A stretch of 32,000 bases of DNA from assembly GCA_964589775.1 (NCBI GenBank), contig CAZPUN010000026.1, positions 1 to 32,000 of the forward strand, in the 5' to 3' direction. The notes beneath the pieces were generated by a model, which had not been told where the DNA came from, made no database searches, and worked only from the letters and a program-made list of their open reading frames with translations. Below are positions 18,886 through 26,530 of the stretch, in pieces. This DNA comes from an uncultured archaeon (GTDB lineage: Archaea; Asgardarchaeota; Thorarchaeia; Thorarchaeales; CAZPUN01). The first letter of the stretch is position 1, and the number at the start of each line of letters is the position of its first letter. Both the position numbers and the translations under genes were made by a program.

Positions 18886-20202
18886 ATGAGACAAATCAAG
18901 AAAGTATTTTATGGTATGGGTCGCCTTGGGTCAACATCTTTGTTGAGTATCATATCGCTTGCTACATTTTATATATACTTGTCTCATTATAATCTGAACC
19001 CTGTTCTAGACGGCTGGGCGAATGGAATAAGTAAATTAGTCATTGCATTTGGTGCATATTTTATTGGGTATTTGAGCGATAAAATTTCGAATAGCAAGTC
19101 CGGAAGACGCCGCCCATTTATAATAATTGGATCAATTGGACTTGCAATCTCATTCATGCTTTTATATTTACCAGAATTCTTTATTCCACTAACAGACCAA
19201 TTTATTATTTTTCTCTACGAAGCTTTCTGGTTAAGTTTGTTTAATTTCTTCTATGGTTTTCTTCTTACACCGTATCAAGCATGGATGCAGGAAATCACTA
19301 CACCAGAGGAGCGAATTGAAGTTTCCGGATACGAAAATACGTTTAATCTGATTGGAAATATAATTGGTATTGTAGGAACATTTACGCTACCTATGATAAT
19401 CAATCAAGGCGGTACGCTTCTTATCGAACTAGTAGTTATTCTTGCAATAGTTGAGATTATAATGTACATGCCAGCATATCTAACTATTCGAGAACCAGAA
19501 CGCCCAATTCCGAGTAAGAACATAATTCAGGAAACCTTGCAGGCCGTTAAGAATAAAAATTATGACCTTTGGTTGATTTCTCAAGGAATGATGTCCGTTG
19601 GTTTCTCAATAATAATAACAATAATTTTGACTTATGTTTCTGATTTTCTTAAGCTCCAAGGATTGAAATTATTTGTATTCGCTCTGATCCTATTATTGGT
19701 TGTTCTCGTCTTTTTTGTTATCTGGACAAGAATGGGCAGCCGAATGGGGATAAAATCTACAATGACCATTGCATTATCCCTTCTAAGCATAGTTCTATTC
19801 ATGACATTGTTCATCGGAACACCTACGATACCTTTACCCATAGATTATCAAGGATACATCTTCATTGCCTTAGCATCTATAGGAATTTCGGGATACTGGC
19901 TGTTTCCATATGCAATCATGGCTCACATTATTGAAGTTGATGAGATTATGTCCGGCGAAAATCGAGCTGGAATGTATACAGGATTCAATTCGATTCCTCT
20001 CAATATATTCCAAGCAATAGCAATGGTTCTTACGGGATACATCGTAGACTTACCCAATCAACTTGGTATGTATATTTGGGGCCCTGTATCTTCAATATTC
20101 ATAATCATCGGATTAATCATATTCAGATATGTAGAAACAGATCCTGACTTTGAAAAGCTACGCAAAGAGTTTGAAAGACCTGCAATAGAAATCCCAGAGT
20201 AA
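18886..20202 (+). CDS. MFS transporter, GPH (MelB-like, MFS_2) family
   Basis: About 12 TM helices. GYLSD...SGRRRPFI, PYQAW..EIT...ER, IIEVDE..SGENRAGMYTG. Confidence 0.9.
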   Translation: MRQIKKVFYGMGRLGSTSLLSIISLATFYIYLSHYNLNPVLDGWANGISKLVIAFGAYFIGYLSDKISNSKSGRRRPFIIIGSIGLAISFMLLYLPEFFIPLTDQFIIFLYEAFWLSLFNFFYGFLLTPYQAWMQEITTPEERIEVSGYENTFNLIGNIIGIVGTFTLPMIINQGGTLLIELVVILAIVEIIMYMPAYLTIREPERPIPSKNIIQETLQAVKNKNYDLWLISQGMMSVGFSIIITIILTYVSDFLKLQGLKLFVFALILLLVVLVFFVIWTRMGSRMGIKSTMTIALSLLSIVLFMTLFIGTPTIPLPIDYQGYIFIALASIGISGYWLFPYAIMAHIIEVDEIMSGENRAGMYTGFNSIPLNIFQAIAMVLTGYIVDLPNQLGMYIWGPVSSIFIIIGLIIFRYVETDPDFEKLRKEFERPAIEIPE

Positions 20203-20289
20203 TCTTTTTCTCTTTTCTTTCTTTTTCAATAATCTTAAAAAAAAATCTATCTATATAAGTATCATAATTTATGTAAATTGGGTGACATT

Positions 20290-21168
20290 ATGCTTAAGAA
20301 GTACTTTTCACAGATATTTGAAGATTTCTTACTTCAGCTACATCTGACACCTGAAGAACAGGCATATTATAAACGCATGAAATATCTAATCTCCGTAGGG
20401 ATTATACGTATTGTTGTAGATAATCCAAATGACCCTAAAGTCTTCCTTGGGTACTATAAAAAGAATAGAGAGATCTTTTTGAATTTTATATATATTCGCG
20501 ATGATGAAAATTGGAAATTTCAAGCAGAAGTTGCGTTATTAAAATTAATGACCGTAATCCCAAAATCGATCAGAAAGATAAATGTTGAATCAGCCATTAT
20601 AAATGATGAGAATCGCTTGCTGAGTGTATTTCAAGAACAAGGATTCAATATTGATGTCCGTCATATGCTAGAACGCAAGATCGATGACATTCAACACGTA
20701 CAACTTCCTAAAGGCTTCTCATTTATAAATTATGAATCAAAATTACATTACCAATTTATCAAGGCATTTTTCGACGCATTTAGAAATTCTCCTGAAGTAC
20801 ATATCTATCCCGAATTAAATAATCTCACACGCACCTCTCAACTAATCGAAGATAAAATGCTAAGTGATCGTTTAATAGCAAAGGGATTGATTTTTGGAAT
20901 TGAAAAGGATAACCGTATAGTTGGAATTGCCATGTTGAAATCTGAATTTAATAAAGGATTTGTAAACGCAATTGGGGTGATACCACAATATCGTAGTATG
21001 GGACTTGGAAAAGCTTTAATGTATGAATCCTTGCGAAGACTAAAGGCCAATGGTTTTTCGGAAGTCCGTCTAGCAGTAACATGTAGTAATAAACGAGCCT
21101 ACTCACTCTATCAATCCATGGGCTTTTCGAAGGTCTTAGCTTTCTTAAAGGGATACAGATATATCTAA
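20290..21168 (+). CDS. GNAT-family N-acetyltransferase (C-terminal domain intact)
   Basis: Motif A IGVIPQYRSMGLGKAL and motif B N..AYSLYQSMGF. SD GGTGA before ATG 20290. Confidence 0.88.
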   Translation: MLKKYFSQIFEDFLLQLHLTPEEQAYYKRMKYLISVGIIRIVVDNPNDPKVFLGYYKKNREIFLNFIYIRDDENWKFQAEVALLKLMTVIPKSIRKINVESAIINDENRLLSVFQEQGFNIDVRHMLERKIDDIQHVQLPKGFSFINYESKLHYQFIKAFFDAFRNSPEVHIYPELNNLTRTSQLIEDKMLSDRLIAKGLIFGIEKDNRIVGIAMLKSEFNKGFVNAIGVIPQYRSMGLGKALMYESLRRLKANGFSEVRLAVTCSNKRAYSLYQSMGFSKVLAFLKGYRYI

Positions 21169-21202
21169 TTTTTAGGATAACCTTTGTGAATTATATCGCA
21201 AG

Positions 21203-21667
21203 TCACGCAATCTTTGTGAGTCTAAATTTACATAATCCATTTTTTGGATCAAGATCTATTGGTATGATTTCAAACGCTGCAGAAAGCGTTTCGAGAAGAG
21301 CGGAAAGCTCAATCTCGCAAATTTTGTTGCACTCTAAATCTAGTTTGGAAAAAATTTCTTTATACCGAATATCTCCATGAATGCTTATAATTATTTCATC
21401 ATTGCCTTTTTCTATAGTGATCTTCTCAGGAGACATAACTTCATTCGCATAGGCTTCCACAAGCTTTGTGGCATCCTCAAGTGTGTGTTGTAAGGACTTT
21501 TCTTTTATTTCATGTTCCGCAAAAGAAATTGCTGCTCCACTGTATAATGCGGGGTAAATTATCATTGCATCATCAATACTAAATTGTTGTGCTAACGCCA
21601 ATAAAATGCCTCGGCTTGCACCTAAGAATGTATGCTTCAATCGCGCTAGGTTTTTCTCGTCGCTCAA
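21203..21667 (-). CDS. V4R/HNOB-like small ligand-binding protein
   Basis: Helical N-terminus followed by IIISIH, C..IC.I..SALL and a terminal CKFRL strand. SD GAGGGA before TTG start. Confidence 0.55.
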   Translation of the reverse strand: MSDEKNLARLKHTFLGASRGILLALAQQFSIDDAMIIYPALYSGAAISFAEHEIKEKSLQHTLEDATKLVEAYANEVMSPEKITIEKGNDEIIISIHGDIRYKEIFSKLDLECNKICEIELSALLETLSAAFEIIPIDLDPKNGLCKFRLTKIA

Positions 21668-21956
21668 GACTTTTCCCTCAGAAGGTATGTGACGATTTCT
21701 TAGTATTTATATGTTCCTCGTATGACTGAAAATACAATTTTTAAAAAATTAAATTCTTCTCTTTTTCATTTTAAAAATTTTTTCCTTAATTATTAGAAAA
21801 GTTCCAAAAAATATAATAAAATTATAGAAAAGGCATATTTTGCCTTCTTAATATGTAATATTGCTACATATTTTTAAAAAAGAGAAAAATTTTTATATGC
21901 GAATAGAATGAGCTATCCTTATATGGGATTAATGACAAAATAAATATCAAGAAAAC

Positions 21957-22053
21957 AAAAATGGAGCCCGGGTATATCTTGTTTTGAAGGCCCTCAAACG
22001 AAGTAATCCCAAAAGTCTCCCCTCCTGACCGTTTTTACCCGGGCTCCACCTCT
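21957..22053 (-). ncRNA. Candidate ~90-100 nt structured non-coding RNA of unknown family
   Basis: Perfect 13-bp GC-rich terminal inverted repeat (21962-21974 / 22036-22048). It extends with G-U pairs only on the minus strand. TATA-like TTTAAA at 22073-22078 and a U-tract right after the stem. Confidence 0.6.
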
Positions 22054-22180
22054 TATATTTATAAATCAAAAATTTAAACTTATTATTTTTATAAACGTAA
22101 GACAAACAGAATTAAATAAAAATATATAATCTCCATAAATCAAAAAATGATTGAAAAAAATTCTTTTCAGAATTTAGATT

Positions 22181-23107
22181 TTATAATCCGAGATATTTAA
22201 AAAAGTCGCTTTTGTGTGTTCTAATTGATTTTATGACTTTGTTTATTGTTTCTTTATCGATTTTATTTATATGTAAGCTTTGGTTTATAAACTCCAAAAA
22301 GTCTGTGATCGTAGATACCGCAAGATCTGCAAGTTTCTCATTATTAAGCTCTTCTATTAGCCCATTAAGAACTTCTGACGGGACTAATTTCGTTTCCATT
22401 GATGATAACTTGGATAATAGATTGCTTTTTTTCTCCAATAATTTATTAAAACTTAGTTCTGGTGATTCATTAATAAGATAGACCTTTTCAATTCCGCCAA
22501 TCTTAGAATATCCCTTAATAATTTTAAAGTTAGCACGACGTTCAAAAAGTTGATCATTTATTTCATTAAGCCTTCGGAACATTGTATTTAGGAAGTCTTT
22601 ATCGATCAAATTTTCTTTTAAGAGGTACAAGTCCGCCTTATTTATGACAGCTAAGAGTGGAATTTTATTAATTTGAAAATCGTAATGTTTTCCAAATTTA
22701 ATTAATAATTCAGAAATTACACGTAAAGCGTTTTTGACTTCAGTCGATGGTTTTGTTACGATGCTATCTCCAAGAATGAAAACTGGCATGATATATTGCT
22801 CATTTGTACCTAAACGAAACGTTTTTTGTATGGATTCATTACGATTTCGAACTATTTCGGATAGATAGCCTCCGCCAGTTGCTAAGAAATTAATATTTGT
22901 TTCTGAAAGTTTCCAAACTAATAAATCGTTATCAACAGTTGTTGTTTCTGTTGGGCTTAACCTAAGTTTTCCTTGTACAGATATTTCAAGCTTTTTGAGT
23001 GCATAACTGACGATGTTAGCAAATTGGACCAGGAAGCTTGTTTTTCCAGTATCTTTTGGGCCCAATATTAAAATCCAAATTTTTGTTCTGGATTTTCTTC
23101 TTATCAC
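22181..23107 (-). CDS. Divergent small GTPase, MglA/CvnD-like
   Basis: G1 GPKDTGKT, G2 TTTVDND, atypical G3 LATGG, G4 NKAD. SD AGGTGA before GTG start. Confidence 0.75.
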   Translation of the reverse strand: MIRRKSRTKIWILILGPKDTGKTSFLVQFANIVSYALKKLEISVQGKLRLSPTETTTVDNDLLVWKLSETNINFLATGGGYLSEIVRNRNESIQKTFRLGTNEQYIMPVFILGDSIVTKPSTEVKNALRVISELLIKFGKHYDFQINKIPLLAVINKADLYLLKENLIDKDFLNTMFRRLNEINDQLFERRANFKIIKGYSKIGGIEKVYLINESPELSFNKLLEKKSNLLSKLSSMETKLVPSEVLNGLIEELNNEKLADLAVSTITDFLEFINQSLHINKIDKETINKVIKSIRTHKSDFFKYLGL

Positions 23108-23117
23108 TTGGTTTCAC

Positions 23118-25028
23118 CTATGTTTTTACATATGGCCTTCTCCCTATTATTAAGACAGAAAATCTACCAATTTTGTAAATAGGATGCTCTTTGTTCCAGA
23201 TATTTCGCAAGAGCCATAATAGTGTTGATGGATATTTAGAAGATTCTAGCTTCCTATGTTCATATTCTGCATAGCTTTTCTGTAAGCTTTCTGATGTATT
23301 ATTCATAAGGTCTGCAATACTTTTTAGAATTGTTTCATTACGGTTTAAATATGATATAAAGTTATTCGCTCTTTCTATTGGGTTCCTTATACCTTTTCTA
23401 AAAGACATAGTCGCAAAAACATCAACTATTTCCTTGAAACCCATTTCTTTACTGAATTTTTCATTTTCATCCTCGTCGAAGAAATCATCATTATTGCGTT
23501 CGCGACCAATCTGGACTATTAGATTTGATATTGGAGGTCTCGATAGCATATTCCAATACGTATAGAAGCTTTTGAGTGAGTATGCCCATGTTGTTAGGGA
23601 TGTTCTTTCATTTATTGCAAGATCTGGTGAAAGAACAAGATCAATATCGCCAAAAATCATGGCTACGAATCTAGTAGAAATTGTAAATGTGAATTCATTT
23701 CGTCTTCTTGCATGGTTAAGTAATCTTCTGAGGAATCTAGAAGCAATCATGATCTTTTCGTTTATATAGAATAAATTACTAAGATGCACTGTATATTCGC
23801 GATTAATTTCATATTCTTTACTATTTTCAATTATCCAGTACAATAGGTTTACACGGGGATGTAATATCTCATCGTTTGGATACGCTAAATTCACATGTTC
23901 ATTAATTGCTTTAATAGGTTTCTCAATTTTATGAAGGCTATATGCGACAGATATTCCACTTAATAATGAATGTTGTTCGACCAACTCCTCAGACTTTCGC
24001 GATATTAGTTCGATCAATAAAGTAAGCATTGCATCCATTCTATTGCTCTCTAGCATAGCTAAGTGAAATGTAAATGGATCCAGCATAATTGGTTTCTTTA
24101 TGCTATTTTGATAATTTGCTTTTGTAATTATTGCATCATCATTGATGGTGAATTCATTCACATTCGGTCCAATATTTGAATGATACATCTCTTTAAATGG
24201 TGTTAGTAATATTTCATACTCGCTTCTGCAACATTCATTATCAACCAAAGCTATAGATTGCGTTGATTTCATAACCATTAATGATTCCGCAGTAAACATT
24301 CTTGGGTGTATATTATTATTAAAAATAGGAATGAATCCCACCCAACCTTGTGATATGAATGATGCAGGATAGCCAATAACCTGTTGAATGATATTTGAGG
24401 GTTGCTTAATATCCTTAGGAATGTATAAGACAAGCCCGAAATAAATTTTCTCGTTTTTAAGATTATTAATTAATTCATCACAATTTGAAGCGTTCAATAA
24501 TTCGATAGGGGTTTCATAGAAAAAGAAATCAATATTATATTTCTCAGGATCAAACTTCCCTATTTGTCCTTCAAGTTCATTAGATTTATCTTGTTCAGTT
24601 TTTACTATTTTTAATATATTCAAGAACAGTCTGCTCAAAAAATTAGTATCGATCTCTTCAGAAGCACTCTTTTGAATTCTAATTGCTAAGCCGTTTGGAA
24701 ATGCATTTTTCTTTATTGGAGATACTTGTTGTATTCGTCCTTTTTTCGTATGCACTTTCCAAAAAGAATCGACGATTTTCTTAACGAGGCCCACTTTTTT
24801 ATGCGTCGAGTAAACTGATTCTGGATCTCTATATGTTAATGCAGAATAGTCCAAGATATTGTACTCTCGACCCATTATCCAGATTTTAGGTCCTTTTGCC
24901 TTCTCAGGAAATAAGTCCTTAAATTCATTATCAATGATTGTCAGATTTAATTCTTCATCATACGCATCATAAGCAATATCTGTACTTGCCTGAACTAATA
25001 CGAGAGGCAATGCAAAAGTATATGTCAT
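23118..25028 (-). CDS. Hypothetical 636-aa soluble protein, possibly with a degenerate FtsZ/tubulin-like domain
   Basis: Long ORF inside the cluster. GFIP..AESL..LVDNE..FTINDD..IMLD are spaced like FtsZ/CetZ elements, but GGGTGSG is absent. The CDS is certain; the fold is speculative. Confidence 0.45.
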   Translation of the reverse strand: MTYTFALPLVLVQASTDIAYDAYDEELNLTIIDNEFKDLFPEKAKGPKIWIMGREYNILDYSALTYRDPESVYSTHKKVGLVKKIVDSFWKVHTKKGRIQQVSPIKKNAFPNGLAIRIQKSASEEIDTNFLSRLFLNILKIVKTEQDKSNELEGQIGKFDPEKYNIDFFFYETPIELLNASNCDELINNLKNEKIYFGLVLYIPKDIKQPSNIIQQVIGYPASFISQGWVGFIPIFNNNIHPRMFTAESLMVMKSTQSIALVDNECCRSEYEILLTPFKEMYHSNIGPNVNEFTINDDAIITKANYQNSIKKPIMLDPFTFHLAMLESNRMDAMLTLLIELISRKSEELVEQHSLLSGISVAYSLHKIEKPIKAINEHVNLAYPNDEILHPRVNLLYWIIENSKEYEINREYTVHLSNLFYINEKIMIASRFLRRLLNHARRRNEFTFTISTRFVAMIFGDIDLVLSPDLAINERTSLTTWAYSLKSFYTYWNMLSRPPISNLIVQIGRERNNDDFFDEDENEKFSKEMGFKEIVDVFATMSFRKGIRNPIERANNFISYLNRNETILKSIADLMNNTSESLQKSYAEYEHRKLESSKYPSTLLWLLRNIWNKEHPIYKIGRFSVLIIGRRPYVKT

Positions 25029-25090
25029 TTTGCAACCCCAAATTTATTCTCCATTTTTCATCTATATATAATTATTTATAAGTTGACGTA

Positions 25091-26530
25091 CTATTTAGAT
25101 TTATTTTCATCCGCACTAATTGTTCTAAGGAGAGTCCTTATTTTTTCGCGATAGCCACTAAAGAAGCCCATAATGTCTTTTACAGCGATATCTGTACTTT
25201 GGTCTTTAAAATCTTCGAAGATTGTTTCTAAGTTATACTTGTTTCGTTTATCAATAATATCTTCATATCCCATCAATTTGAAAATGGATAGCATGGGACC
25301 ATCGAAATCGATCTGAGCTGCTATCTCTTGAGGTGTAATACGTCCTGCCTTAATTAAGGCCTCCACAAAAGACACCTGGTCTTTAGATATGGTATTGATT
25401 TGCTTTAAGTCATAAATCAGAGTTGATAGGTCGTAATCATAATAAGGAATAATAGACAAGTTCAAGATTTTCTGCTTTGTTTCATTTTCATATTTTAGCA
25501 ATTCAAGAAACATCTTTGCTAGAACTTTAGTAAGATTCTTCAAGACACGTTTCGTTATATAGTTTCGAGAGTGGTTCTTTTCGTATGCATCTGTTTCGAT
25601 CTTTCTGATTTTAGTCTCGTGTTCCTCTACATATTTTCCGATTATATTTGATAAGGATTTACTTGATAAAATGATACCATTTCCAATTTGAATATCCGTG
25701 TCCTTTGATTTACAGGATTCAAATCTTTCCATGGTTGCTTTGGAATCCTTAGTTTTGAATATTTTCGATACGAAGGATATGAAGCCTTTCTTTTGAGTAA
25801 ATTCACCACTCAAAGCGACATAATTATTTATTACGACTTGTACAAATGCATTTTTACCCTTCTTCTGCATTAGTTTTCGGAACTTCTCAAGCAGTTCAAA
25901 TTCATTGAGGAGTGATCTCTTATCTGATAGTACCCCTAATCGCAGAATGTGCGTCAATGCGAAGTTCTTAGATGGAATTTCCTCAATTAGATTTTCAACA
26001 ACTTCATTCGCTTCTTCATACTTTCCAAGCTTTTCACTAAGCCAATTCAGGAAGATGAAGTTTCGTACCTCTAGAGTTTCAATGTCCGGCGTGATACTAT
26101 CGAAAGCAGTATTCGTATCGATTACAATATATTGGTATCCTTCGTGTTCAATTATGTTCTTAGATCTCGAAATAATTTTCCAGAAATCGTGTGATGAACC
26201 TCTATTTGCACCTTTGCTCCAAATGACGCCAACATTCTTTTGTTTTCCAGTTCCTTTTATATTTATGATGTACTTCTTATATGCAATTCGTCCAGCAATG
26301 ATACGCTCCTCAACTTTGATCTGTTTCGGACCAAAAATCTTGGCATACATATCAAAAGTGCCGATAGTAATATCTGCAGCATCCGGATTCATGTCATTAG
26401 TATCAATGAGTAAGACATTTAATCCTTCATTGAAGGCCTCGTTAATTTTTACAAGAGCAGTAATGGTTTTTCCACTACCGCCTTTTCTTGCAGTAATTAT
26501 ATCAAGTATTGGAAAAGACAACGTATTCAT
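25091..26530 (-). CDS. MinD/ParA-family (SIMIBI) ATPase with long C-terminal extension
   Basis: Deviant Walker A KGGSGKT, Walker A' VLLIDTNDMNP, Walker B YIVIDT, VVINN. ATGA overlap with the upstream gene. Confidence 0.85.
   Translation of the reverse strand: MNTLSFPILDIITARKGGSGKTITALVKINEAFNEGLNVLLIDTNDMNPDAADITIGTFDMYAKIFGPKQIKVEERIIAGRIAYKKYIINIKGTGKQKNVGVIWSKGANRGSSHDFWKIISRSKNIIEHEGYQYIVIDTNTAFDSITPDIETLEVRNFIFLNWLSEKLGKYEEANEVVENLIEEIPSKNFALTHILRLGVLSDKRSLLNEFELLEKFRKLMQKKGKNAFVQVVINNYVALSGEFTQKKGFISFVSKIFKTKDSKATMERFESCKSKDTDIQIGNGIILSSKSLSNIIGKYVEEHETKIRKIETDAYEKNHSRNYITKRVLKNLTKVLAKMFLELLKYENETKQKILNLSIIPYYDYDLSTLIYDLKQINTISKDQVSFVEALIKAGRITPQEIAAQIDFDGPMLSIFKLMGYEDIIDKRNKYNLETIFEDFKDQSTDIAVKDIMGFFSGYREKIRTLLRTISADENKSK

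Noticed and set aside
21962-22050. tRNA/tmRNA (plus strand ends GGGCTCCACC) or MITE
   Set aside because: No TTC T-loop or D arm and no cloverleaf. No target-site duplication and no second copy in the window.
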